64,000 nt of DNA from Eledone cirrhosa. Its lineage: Eukaryota. A model generated the notes under the pieces. The model did not search any database, was not told the origin of the DNA, and was given only the letters and a program-made list of their open reading frames with translations. The DNA is taken from positions 115,630,001-115,694,000 of the forward strand of contig OZ024743.1 of the NCBI GenBank assembly GCA_964016885.1. The letters run 5' to 3'. Of the stretch, positions 38,604 to 51,413 are shown piece by piece (positions within the stretch are counted from its first letter, which is position 1; each line of letters starts with the position of its first letter). The position numbers and the translations under genes were made by a program.

Positions 38604-38961
38604 CGAATTGGAATACACTTTAACATGTTTGGCTTACACTAATTATTTTACATTTTCGGAGTGAACAAACCAACCTGCGCACTTCATTTAGTGCTCCTAC
38701 CTGCACACTGAGTTCTCGGTAAACAACCAACACATACTCAATATATCGTGTCGGTTGTCACAAACAGTCATGACCGGCATGGGCCGGGGTTTGGATTCTG
38801 TCGATCGATTGGTTATTGATTAGGCGATACCCGCTGATGAAGTCTACCCACACCCGAATATTTTCACTCTCGTTAAATGTACATAGTACCTGCCGAACAC
38901 ATAGACATATATACATACTAAATTCATCGGGGATGCTTTCTGCTTATACTATGCTCTTTCA

Positions 38962-39143
38962 TAATTGTTTCTACTTTTGGCACAAGGCAAGCAAATACAC
39001 AGTATGTTACTGGTACTTTTGTTATCGACCACGTAAGGATGAAAGGCAAAGTTAACCTCGGCGGGATTTGAACTCAGTCAGAAAAGGGACGTAACTTTGC
39101 TGCAAAGCATGGCGTCCGACCCTCTACCGATACTGCCAATCCA
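38962..39143 (-). mobile_element. SINE family S1
   Basis: Reverse complement of the S1 unit. Confidence 0.88.
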
Positions 39144-39872
39144 AACGGATATGTATATTAACGTCGTAAACTGCAACTTCATTTATCACCGTACATTCGT
39201 TTTTGCATATATACACACAGAAATGGGTCGAGTTGTATTTTAGGTTTTTTAACGTTATAAATGTTAAATCGAAAATAATATAACCGGACGGTGCGGAGTT
39301 AGATTTCTACATATGTATTTTCTTTTCACATCTGTGTAACTGGCAAAGAATAAATGGGGAAGTGAAAGAAAATCGGATGAACTACTATTTGAAAGAATTA
39401 CACACACATATATCTAAGATATATTAGCTAACATAAACTAATACAAGGAAACCAATATACACAATATATTACATTCGTGAAGTGTTGCTCTGTGGCTAAC
39501 TACACTAGAAAGAATTGAAGCTTTACTATTACAAATTTAATAACCAGCGTTAACAGATTATATGAACTAATTTTATCGATAGAAATATTTTACAAGCTGT
39601 TTCCGTGTTGTTAAATATGACTCAAGAGAAATACACGTAATGAATAAGACAAGTGAAACCAAATCGACTTTCGTTATTGCATAGTGCTTATATTGAATAA
39701 GTGTTGAAGAACATTGAGAAGTAGAAAGCGGATAAAGAATATGGTTTTGATGGTAATAACAATAATAACAACGAAAATAATAACTTATGTGATCTCTGTC
39801 TCCGTTCTCTATATCTTTATAAATATATATATATATATATAAATATATATACTGCATGTATTTATAATAAAT

Positions 39873-39964
<92 letters not shown>

Positions 39965-40669
39965 ATATATACAAGAATAATATATGGACAGAAGAAATGA
40001 TGTCTTGTGCAAGTGAGATTCTATAACTCTTAAACTTTCACAGTAGATAAATTATATTGTTAATATTTCCATCATGAACACTATGTAAAATATTCGATGC
40101 AATTTGCAGAGATATTCTCTACAGTCCAAGATCAATTTGGGATGTGATAAAATAAACATTTAGTTATCGCTAAGAGTTTCTGATCGACAGCTCTTAACAT
40201 GAAGTAGGAATTTCATTTCTATGATAGTTGTATAACTTATGTCAAATGTGAAGGTCATTAAACGATTTGATACTCCGCTATAATGGGTTTGAAAGAAATT
40301 TATTGGTAAAAGCTATTTACTATATTTGGATGCAATACCAGTCAAACAATGCATGAAAATAACCCTGGCAACTACTGATCGCTGAATTCCTTTAGGGGGA
40401 TGGCTTGTGATTAAATAAATCAGATTTGTTGATGTGTCAGCGAAAAATACACAGCTGTCCATAACGATGGATACAATCAGAAGGAAAAAACACTAAAATT
40501 TATCACTTTCATTTTAAAATATCTGCTTGCTTTTCGGTTTATGCAGTTGGGAAATAGACTATATACATTGGCGTGACTTAAATTCGAAATTTATTTTGGG
40601 AAGATTTTTGTAGCGATGGTATAGTAAGAAAATAGAGACTGAACATTTAGAGACGTTTTCGAGAGTTTC

Positions 40670-40868
40670 GTGTTTATTTACAATAGTTTATAACTTTGCG
40701 TATTAATCCGTATGGTGAGACAATGTGGTCGCACGTGCTGGCCTCCCTACAGCCCCGGCGCACAGGATGGAGAAGGCGTTTCCCCGGAGGATGGTAAGGG
40801 CGATGCCCTGGTAGAGCCATTCCAACTCGCGAGGCACACCCCTGCGGCTGGCTAGCTCAGAGCCTATG
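40670..40868 (-). mobile_element. CRE-clade non-LTR retrotransposon 3' fragment
   Basis: GC-rich island whose minus strand translates as IGSELASRRGVPRELEWLYQGIALTILRGNAFSIL, resembling the terminal QR.S..I.RGNA motif of CRE-type RLE proteins. AATAAA lies downstream. Confidence 0.7.
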
Positions 40869-42452
40869 GTGGTGAATAGGAATACAGCTTTTGAGATGTT
40901 CTTGATTATGACGTAATACTCTTACTACTTTCGGATATATTTATGAAATACGTGGAAAAACGCGTAACTTTTACTTATTCCTCCAAGTTAATTGTTTCTT
41001 ATCTTTAACCAACAATTAAATGCATGGCAGTAATAAACATATGCATAATTCAATTCGTAAAATTAGTAAGTTTGTTTAGTAGTAGACGACGTTTCTAAAA
41101 GTCTTATCATTGCAGAACAATAAAAGATCTTGTTTCGATTCCTGTTTGTAACCGCTATACTTAACCCCTGGCGCAAAAATAACAACTATATCCAATAATA
41201 TATACTTCATTACATTAGTAGAATCTGCTAAGTGGTATCTCAATAAGAAACCCGCAACACGGCGGTAGCATGAATGTAAAACACTTCAGCGAAACATTCT
41301 ATATTAATATTGCAGAATACCACAATTTTATCGTTTACATTTTTGGAATTGATATAAGATACGTAGTAATAAACATATTTTTTTAATGCGTGACTTCATT
41401 CATATTATGAAAAGAAATGGATGCTGCGACGACCATAGACGGCTTCATATCATTAAAAATATAAATGAAGGAAACATTTTGAAAACAACATTCTGTAATT
41501 GACTTGTACCAGCAAGTAGGAGCCACAATTTACGACGCCTGGTGAGCAATTTATTGATAAGTCATATATGGAAAAATGAAATATAAAACATCACAAAAAA
41601 TTAAGTAACAGATGAGTCAAACATTTAATAACAGTTTTTAATTTTTATAACCATTACACTAGATATGATGAGGCAACGGATTGGCAGACTTGTTAAACCA
41701 TCATATAGAATGTTTTACAGTATTCTTCCGATGCTCTTCACTCTCAGGTCAAATTCAGCAGAGGTCAACTTTGCCTTTCACCCTTTCAAAAAGTCTCAGT
41801 TCAGTACAATGTCGTTGTTCTCTTCCTCACCTCGCCCCCCCCCCTCCCCCAACATTATTTGCCCCTCTTTCTTTCTCTCTTTGTGCAATATTTCATCTGT
41901 GTTAAGATCTGGAGAGAGGATGTGCCAGGTTTAAAAGGCCCAAGACAAATAGTATGTTTCTACAGTGCCCATACGATTCCCTCGCGGGTCAGGATACATA
42001 GAAACACTCATACGTTAAATATGATAATTATACGGTAGAGTTAATATAATATAATAGTAGCTGAACCAATTGAAATACCACTCGAGTACGTTTCACCCAA
42101 ATACGTTTTTATTTAGTTGCATATTTCCGGAAGGTAACAGTTTCACTTACGGTATATATTGGGGTTCCGCCAGAGGTTAAAATCCCTGTGTATATGCGCA
42201 CCTGTGGATGTTTCGTTTTCAAATGTTACTAAATTATTCTCGTTTCACCTTTTCATCTGGCAGAGTTTCAGTTGAAGATGAAATAACCATTATGGAAACT
42301 TTAAAATACCTGCCATTGGAACCTACATATCACATCTTGAACAATGAAATTCTGCAAGGAATTACATGACATTGGTTGTGTTAACGTGAAATATCCCGTA
42401 AATTATAAATCAAAATAGTGGAATTAAGCATTGGAGTTGATTATCAAGATAT

Positions 42453-42492
42453 TTCTTCTTCTTCTTCTTCTTCTTCTTCTTCTTCTTCTTCT

Positions 42493-42527
<35 letters not shown>

Positions 42528-43362
42528 TCCTCCCACTTATAACTCAGCGTGTCGTGGGAGCAGACTCCTCTAACACTTTCCAGCGGGTATTGTCAGAACA
42601 ACCGTCTTCAACAGATCCGGTTAGATTCCCAAGCGAGACAAGACAAGCTCATGGATGTTATCCTACCATCTTGCTCGATGTCTATTCCAGCGTCTCCTGC
42701 TGGTTGGTTTTGCCTGTAAAATCTGTCCAATGATTCATCCCGAATCGTTCTAATTACATGCTTTGATCTCTCAATTCAGAGGAATAACGGCTACCTGGAA
42801 TGACTGTCTGACCGCCGAGCGACGCACACTATCGAGTAAAGTTACCCCAAAGACCATTTGAAAGAATCCCATTTCAACCGCTTGTATTCGCAATCGTTTT
42901 CTCTCAGTCAATATACAAGATTCATGACCATAGGTGAGGGTTGGCACGAATGCCGAATTGAAGATGGCCAGTTTGGCTTTTACAATTACTCCATTCTTCT
43001 GCTTGCCGAATGCTGAAGCTAGTGCATTACTACGAGAGCGCCAGCAATTCTTGCATTTAATTCAGCCTCCTGCCTTCCATCACTCCTGAACAAGGCCCGA
43101 TATATTGAACTTCTTCACTTGCTTCCACGGAACCCCATTCACATGTAGAGTGCACTGCATTGGTTTCCATTAGAGGACGAGTGTCTCAATTCTCGCAGCA
43201 CTGGTTTTCATTCCAGCCATGTAGCACTCGGCATGAAACCTATCGAATTTGATAACACCAAATCGTCTGCAAATTCCAGTTGACTAATTTTCCCGGCAGC
43301 CTATGTCAATTCTGGTCATGAAAATAATGAACAAGAGAACTCACAGTACACGCCATTGGCGT
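42453..43362 (-). mobile_element. RTE-clade LINE 3' portion, degenerate, with (GAA)n tail
   Basis: Minus strand gives EFADDLVL, KF.Y.G and PTLTYGHES. (CTT)n at 42453-42530. Confidence 0.75.
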
Positions 43363-44561
43363 TTATGTTAAAAGAAATTGGGGCTAAAGCGAAACCACCA
43401 AGAAGAATGAAGATTAACTTAGCGTTAAATATTATGCTACATTGAAACCCAACCGTTCCTTGTGAACAGGTGAGTCTTTATTTTCGCGTAACAAGGAGAA
43501 TTAGACAAGTTACGATCCATTAGACTAAACCTCTAAATGATATGAATAGACACAGCTGTGTAGTGATATAAGTATTTCGGTGGTTCTCCGTTATCTCTTA
43601 GAACAAAATTAATCAACCATAAAGTAATCTTGTGCTTTCTCTCAAGCAGACGCTGACGTCAACAGGTTTCTCAGTAATTCAATCTTCCATAAACATTCAC
43701 ATTATTACATAGTGGTGAACAAAGGCTAATGTATAATTGAGTGTAAAGAAAATATATGATGTTAATTTCCTCTCAAACATTACGTTGCAAAGAGATTTGA
43801 AATGGCTTCCGTCATATACAATTTTGCATGCCTTTTGTGATATATTTCATTGAAAGATATTTGTACGGTTTTCTATTAATTTACTTCATTCTGTAATCTA
43901 TTCGGGTTTCTCATCATTACAAAGCAAACATTAAAGCATAACCCGTAACCCAATTTAATGCTGGAAATATGACTTTTGCCAAAACTTATTTTAGATCAGT
44001 GGTGTCAAACATTTCGTAGTATTATAATATCTATAGTGTTGGATTGGCAGAATTGATAGAGCATCGAATAAAATACGATTCTGGTATTGTGTTTTTCTGG
44101 TTCATTACATATTAAGCTCAAATCCCACCGAGGTCAAATTTGCCTTTCCATATTTCATGCGTCGATAGAATAAAGTAGTAATATCGAACTAGTGCTGGTG
44201 TGAATTGACCTTTCCATACACCAAAATTGTAGGCCGTGACATAATCTAGAAATTAATATTATACTTGTGCCGACATTTAGAACTACAAAGCTAAGCATAA
44301 TTTTCATCTTCACCTTTCGACTAGGATATATAAAGCCAAATATTATGTTAAACGTCTCAATTTAGCAATGGGATTTAAAATCAACGTAAATGTTAATGTC
44401 TCTATTCTGTGTGCTACAAATATGACTCAGTCACATGTTTAGACACATAGTCGAAGACATATTGTGTTTAACCGAAATACTGACACGGAGATAATGGCGA
44501 CCCATACACATACAAACAGACACACACACACACGCACACACACACACATAATATGTATGTA

Positions 44562-44617
<56 letters not shown>

Positions 44618-44627
44618 TATATATATA

Positions 44628-45650
44628 TCATCATCATCATCGTTTAACGTCCATGTTCCACGCTTGCATGGGTTTGGACGGGAGTTTTCCCACTTGAGGC
44701 AAGAGTGGTTATCATTGCTCGCAGGATTGTCTGGTGGGTTTTCTACAGCTGGATGCCCTTCCTAACACCAACCACATTTACAGTGTGGGGCTGGGAGGTT
44801 TTTACCGTGTTGCCTAGACAGCTACATTACAGCGTGGACTGTGTGTTTTTTTTTTGTCGTGACACCTACACGATCTCATTTGTTTCGGCCTGGATGTTGT
44901 AGCACCAACATAACTTTACATTGAAAGGGGCGGTGTGGATGGGGTGGGGGAGGTGGGACGGGGTGTATTTTGTTAGAGATGCCTACTGACTGTAGTAGGT
45001 TTTACTTTGTATTTAGGTAAGGCGGGTCTTCTCTATTACTGAGTACCGCCAACGGTCTTGGTCCAGTGACATTGTCTTGGAGAGATGTAAGCGTGTGAGG
45101 TCGGAATTTATCAGCTCGTCCCAGGTTTTTCTGGGTCTGCATACTCCGTGGCTACCGTCTATCTTTATTGCCCTGCACTTTGTTATACAGCTGTCGTCTT
45201 TCATGCGCATCACATGACCATACCAACGTAGCCTTCTCTCGAGTAAACAACATCTGATCCCTCTTATTTCTAATTTTTTCCTTAGTTCGTTTATGCTTTG
45301 CCGTTCACGTATATTACTATTACACATCCAGCGGAGCATACTAGCTTCGTTCCTCTCTAGTCTGCGTATATCCTCTGCACACAATGCCCAGGTCTCACTG
45401 CCATGCAACATTGCTGTTCGTATGCAGGCATCATACAACCTGCCTTTCATTTTTAGGGAGAACCCTTTAGCGGCTAATAGTGGTATAAGCTCTCTGAACT
45501 TTTTCCATCCAGTTCTGACTCTAGCTACTGTACTTTCAGAGCACCCTCTCCCACTGCTAATTTTGTCACCCAGGTAACGGAAGCTGTCCACTATTTCTAT
45601 AGAACCCTCTGCGCAATTGAAAGAGCTAGTATTTTGTGGGCACTTGCTGC
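44628..45650 (-). mobile_element. RTE-clade LINE, 5'-truncated, inserted in (TA)n
   Basis: ORF 45013-45744 contains FRYLG..ARVRTGWKKFREL..AMLHGSETW..RLRWYGHVMRM..RPRKTW. The 3'UTR ends in (TGA)n at 44628-44641. Confidence 0.9.
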
Positions 45651-45654
45651 TACT

Positions 45655-45723
<69 letters not shown>

Positions 45724-45955
45724 GTAATAAACAACATAAGGCAATTATTCCATTTACCAGTGGTTTCTTAAAAGCAAAAGGTTTTGCTTTCAATCCTCAG
45801 AATGAAAAAATCCTGGTTTGTTTATTGAATTTGGATCTTAAAAAAACAAAAAAAGCAAGCTATATGAAAGTGAGGCTGGAGAAGGAAGAAGGAAAGGAAA
45901 AATAAAATAAGATAAGACAACACATACAACCACACATACACGAAAAAATATAAAA

Positions 45956-46059
<104 letters not shown>

Positions 46060-46181
46060 ACACACGCATGCACACACACGTTATTCCGGGTTGAATCGGA
46101 GGCAGCCACAGTAAGCAAGGCACTCAGTACACCGCAGAGCATGAAGTTTTAATATAGATGAGAATCTGTATATGTATACAA

Positions 46182-46233
<52 letters not shown>

Positions 46234-46254
46234 GCGCGCATGTGTATGCGCGCA

Positions 46255-46324
<70 letters not shown>

Positions 46325-46357
46325 TATAGATATATATATGTATATATATATATCACA

Positions 46358-46527
46358 AAAGAAACGGAGAATCAGTGTTGCAACGAATAAAATTTATTAG
46401 ACATATTACAATCTTTTTTCTGGCGACCAGCTCGAGGAAAGATCGTGCCTCGTGCTGGTCGCCAAAGAAACGATTGTAATACGTCTAATAAATGTTATTC
46501 GTTGGAACACTGATTCTCCGTTTCTTA
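46358..46527. repeat. Fold-back palindrome built from the 3' half of a hammerhead-bearing pLTR
   Basis: Arms of about 80 bp centred on TGGCGACCAGCTCGAGG-loop-CCTCGTGCTGGTCGCCA. The right arm continues GAAAC-GATT-GTA then AATAAA. Confidence 0.85.
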
Positions 46528-46919
46528 TTTCATATCATACTCTGCTCTGTAAGAGCATCGAGGGCTAAAACATCATACAGCTTTAAGCATCCCGCACCAA
46601 TTATATATATATATATATTAATATAACAGATTAAAGTTTAAGCATCTTCTGAAACTCCTTATATATTATACATGTGGAGCCCTCTTCGGATTTCAGTCTT
46701 GATATTTATTATTATTACTATATATATATAAGTATGTATATGTACATACATATATGTATACAGACGTACAGTAGTATGTATATGCACACACATATATGTA
46801 CGTATGGGTTTACCGAACATTTATAATAATGCTCAGTTTGTTTGTAAACAAACAGCCAGAATTAAGCCGTACACTGTTTACCAACCATCGTTGCCCTTTT
46901 GTTCAACACTGACAATGGA

Positions 46920-46962
46920 ACGATGTACTAGTTTCAAGCTTATTAGCTATCGTCAGCATCGT
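46920..46962 (-). ncRNA. Minimal type I hammerhead ribozyme (family P1), best-preserved copy
   Basis: Minus strand reads ACGATG-CTGACGA-T-AGCT-AATA-AGCT-T-GAAA-CTAG-TA-CATCGT, with a 6-bp stem I and palindromic loop III. Confidence 0.85.
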
Positions 46963-47440
46963 ATACCTTCCTGCCAGATGATTGAACGTCTGAAAGTATA
47001 TACATTCCTTATGCATATTAACGGCTGAGCATCCTAATTTGCATATCGAGTGAGTTAATCGGCCGGGCGCACCTAAAACGATAAATGGAAAAAATGAAAC
47101 GAAATTTCATTTCTCACTCTTAGTACGGCTGTTTATTAAATATATGTAAGTATACGTACATACATATATTTATACAGACATACAGTAGTATGTATATATA
47201 CATACATGCACACACATATATATATATATATACGTATGGCTTTACCGAAGATTTATTACAATGCTCGGTTTGTTTGTAAACAAACATCCCGAATTAAGCC
47301 GTACATTATTTAGCAACCATCGGTGCCCTTTTGTTCAACACTGACAAAAGAACGATGTACTAGTTTCAAGCTACTCAGACGTTAATATGCACAAGGAAAG
47401 TATATACTTTCAGACGTTCAACAATCTGGTAGGAAGGTAT

Positions 47441-47483
47441 ACATTGCTGACGATAGCTAATAAGCTTGAAACTAGTACATCGT
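47441..47483 (+). ncRNA. Hammerhead motif (family P1), stem I partly decayed
   Basis: ACATTG-CTGACGA-TAGCTAATAAGCTT-GAAA-CTAG-TA-CATCGT. Confidence 0.7.
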
Positions 47484-47629
47484 TCCTTTGTCAGTGTTGA
47501 ACAAAAGGGCAACGATGGTTGCTAAACATTGTACGGCTTAATACGGGATGTTTGTTTAAAAACAAACCGAGCATTATAATAAATGTTCGGTAAACCCATA
47601 CGTACATATATATATATATATATGTTTGC

Positions 47630-47670
<41 letters not shown>

Positions 47671-47772
47671 CTACTGTACGTCTGTATACATATATGTATG
47701 TACGTATACATACTTATATTTAAGTAACAGCCGTACTAAGAGTGAGAAATGAAATTTCGTTTCATTTTTTCC

Positions 47773-47815
<43 letters not shown>

Positions 47816-48124
47816 TGAGTGTGCATGTGTGCGCGTGCGTGTGTGTGTGTGTGTGCGCGTGTGTGTGTGTGTGAGTCTGAATATAAACAAATCTACAACA
47901 AACTAATGTTATCCACGTGCTCAGTCAAAAGCAATCCATACATTTACGTTCGTCCCAACTCCGCAGAACTATGCAGCTTAAAATTCTCACACATTCACAT
48001 CATAAAAACATTCCAGGCAAAATAAGTTTATATTGAATAAGTTTCAAGTTATAAGACTTGTCTCAGCTATTACACAACATGAATGTTTGTGGGTCCGTCG
48101 TTGTAATATAACTACTTACTATAT

Positions 48125-48208
<84 letters not shown>

Positions 48209-48254
48209 ATAATAATAAATTTGAAGACTAAAATCCAAAGAGAGCTCGATATTT

Positions 48255-49107
48255 ATATATATATGTACATAAAATGAGATTAATATACCCACAGGTACTA
48301 AGTCCCTACGGAAATATATAGGGTGTCTATAATACAATCGGGGTTCAATGGTACTAATTTGAGAGACCAGAACTATAAAACTGAGATGAGCGAAACAAGC
48401 AAGCATTAGACAACCTTTTAAATAAATTAAAATACGATTTAAATAACCACCTGTTCAAAATGCTGTTACCGACGGTTCACTTCACAAAAGATTGGAAATT
48501 CAGAGAATTTCCAATGGAAAGATCAGTTCTTCAGACAGCTATTTGCATTCTATAGGGCATAAAGCCGTACAGTTTGCAAATATATCACTTATTGCCCTAT
48601 GTATGAGGTCAGGCCGTTAAAGTGACCCACACATAAACAGGCCGTTAGTAAAAGCGGGAATATTATAGACTTGTTGTCTATCACGCTACTAAAAAAATAG
48701 CAGAAAGATACAACAATTTTTTCTCTGCACAGAGGGAGAATATACATAAAATGAGATTAATATACCCACAGGTACTAAGTACCTACGGAAATATATAGGG
48801 TGTCTATAATACAATTGTTGTTCAATGGTACTAATTTGAGATACCAGACCTATAAAAATGAGATGAGCGGAACAAGCAAGCATTAAACAATCATTAAACA
48901 AGCGATATATTTACAAACTGTGCGGCTTTATGCCCTATAGAATGGAAATAGCTGTCTCAAGAACTGATCTTTACATTGGAAATTCTCTGAATTTCCAATC
49001 TTTTGTAAAGTGAAACCGTCGGTAACAGCATTTTGAACAGGTGATTATTTAAATCGTATATTCATTTATTTAAAATATTGTTTAATGCTTGCTTGTACGC
49101 TCATGTC

Positions 49108-49110
<3 letters not shown>
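48255..49110. mobile_element. Penelope-like pLTR family P2: partial tandem plus inverted copy between (TA)n runs, with hammerheads at 48462-48539 (-) and 48951-49029 (+)
   Basis: Direct repeat 48265-48410 / 48745-48890 and inverted repeat 48390-48585 / 48905-49105. Consensus GCTGT-CTGAAGA-long stem II-GAAA-CCGTCGG-TA-ACAGC. Confidence 0.8.
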
Positions 49111-49144
<34 letters not shown>

Positions 49145-49251
49145 CGTTTCTGAATTTGTTTAGCAAGATTCTTTATCTGAAATCGTGTGTTTCTTATTGG
49201 CAACATGACCCTCCCAAAGTATAACAATATATATATATATATATATATAAA

Positions 49252-49287
<36 letters not shown>

Positions 49288-49304
49288 CTATATATATATA
49301 TATA

Positions 49305-49546
49305 TAAATTATTAGAAATGTTAGCTATCGCCGTATTTTGACTAAAGCAATTAAAGAAATTATTTAGCCTGATTGTGGGGTTAAGAACCCTTGGAGAAAT
49401 GGGAAAAGATGAGTATTGACGTACATGGGACGTCAATACTCATCTTTTTCCATTTCTCCAAGGGTTCTTAACCCCAGAATCAGGCTAAATAATTTCTTTA
49501 ATTGCTTTAGTCAAAATACGGCGATAGCTAACATTTCTAATAATTT
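49305..49546. repeat. Fold-back palindrome (arms about 117 bp) between (TA)n runs
   Basis: Centred on GAGTATTGACGT-ACATGGG-ACGTCAATACTC. Confidence 0.9.
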
Positions 49547-49578
49547 TTCAAATCAACTCGCTGTTTCGAAACTATTCT

Positions 49579-49619
<41 letters not shown>

Positions 49620-49623
<4 letters not shown>

Positions 49624-49830
49624 GGAATAGTATGAAACGAAATTTCATTTCTCACTCTTAGTACGGCACTTACTTAAATGTAAGTATGTATGTATCTATG
49701 TATGTATACGTACATACATATATGTATACAGACATACAGTAGTATGTATATATATACATACATACACACATATATATATGCACGTATCGGTTTGCCGAAC
49801 ATTTATTATAATGCTCGGTTTGTTTGTTTG
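49620..49830 (-). mobile_element. Partial family P1 pLTR
   Basis: ATGAAACGAAATTTCATTTCTCACTCTTAGTACGGC.. as at 47095. Confidence 0.8.
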
Positions 49831-50816
49831 TTTGTGAAGGTTGCATTCTCAATACCTTTTCTCAAATATTTTGAGACATATCCACCTGCTTCAATTACCA
49901 TCGTTATAAATACCAAGATATAGATAGGGTGATGTATGTGCAGATTCCTCTTTAGTTTAACACGGACGTATGTATGTATGTATGTATGTATGTATGTATG
50001 TATGTATGTATGTATGTATGTATGTATGTATGTATATATGTTTGTATGTATGTCATGAGAAGTGTTAAGAAATGTTATGCACATAGATTAACACCAAATG
50101 TCTTCAAACAAATACTCACAAGTCCTCTCTATTGCCGAAACTTCACATCAACCATTGAGATGTACAGTCACCAGAGGGGGCACATATGATGACCATCGTC
50201 AAATTTCGATAGAAAACACAAGCATTGGATAATCGTTAAAGTAATTAATAGAATGCTTGCTTTGCTGCGTTATTTCCGACTCTGTGATCTGAGGCCAAAT
50301 CAACTGAAGAGGAGTTTCAGTTACATCATTTCCTGAACAATAAATCAAATACCAGTCTCGAACTACGGTGGATTATTCCTCCATATTGCTTTATACTTTC
50401 CCTCTATCACTTTCTCGCCCTTTGTGTGTCTCTCTCTCCAAGAAATCATATGTGTTCGGAAAAGGAGTCGGGATCTGTTCTGCTAAGTTTAATATGTCTC
50501 TGTATCACTCCTACAACTTCACCAGATGTAAGGGTCCATACATACATGCATGTACGTATGTATATATGGACGCATACTTGTGTGTATTTCTATGTTTTTA
50601 GCGAATTAAAATGTTCAGTAAATATAGTGACCAGTGAATATATTACTGGTGTAAATCATCGGACTGTGCAGGCCAGCTTCAATCTTTCCAACTGGTTTGA
50701 AGGCATTGGTATCTGTAAGACAACCACGCTTCCAGTTTTTTAAATATATTCTTACTCTACAGTTAAAGTATATCATCCTCTCTATCTGAGAAGAAGTATT
50801 ATGTTGTTCAAATAAC

Positions 50817-51001
50817 TGTTCTACTTAAGGCACAAGGCCAACAATTACCCAGTGCATTGCTGGTACTTTATTTTATCGATCCCGTAAGGATGAAAGGCAA
50901 AGTCAATCTCGGCGGGATTTGAACTCAGATCGTAAAGGGACGTAACTATGCTGGAAAGCATGGCGTCCGACCCTCTACCGATACTGCCAATCCACCGCCC
51001 C
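50817..51001 (-). mobile_element. SINE family S1 with 15-bp TSD
   Basis: TGTTGTTCAAATAAC occurs at 50802-50816 and 51002-51016. Confidence 0.93.
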
Positions 51002-51353
51002 TGTTGTTCAAATAACCCCTTGTTATATGTGTCGGTGTATGCATGAGTGTCTGTTATATATCTACCAATGACATCGTGTTTGTTTAAGTTCAAGAAAACA
51101 TGAAATCAATAATAAAATTACGAAAATATAGAGAAAATTTGATTTGTTGTGACTTTAAAAATGATTCGGTCACTAAGGAAAAAAGCGAAATTAAAAGAAA
51201 ATATTTTGATTATTATATTTTACATTACCAGAGTTAATGCATTCGTTTAAATCGATTGCTTATCACTATATATTTTGGCTATATGTTCGTGTGGGTCTGT
51301 ATTATATTACGTTATATATATATATAGAGAGAGAGAAATACACACACACACAT

Positions 51354-51409
<56 letters not shown>

Positions 51410-51413
<4 letters not shown>

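Larger units (their letters stand above)
46729..47778. mobile_element. Penelope-like pLTR family P1: one minus-strand copy followed by an inverted pair (47081-47778)
   Basis: Three arms of the same unit of about 350 bp, containing internal (TA)n, a hammerhead and AATAAA. Confidence 0.85.
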
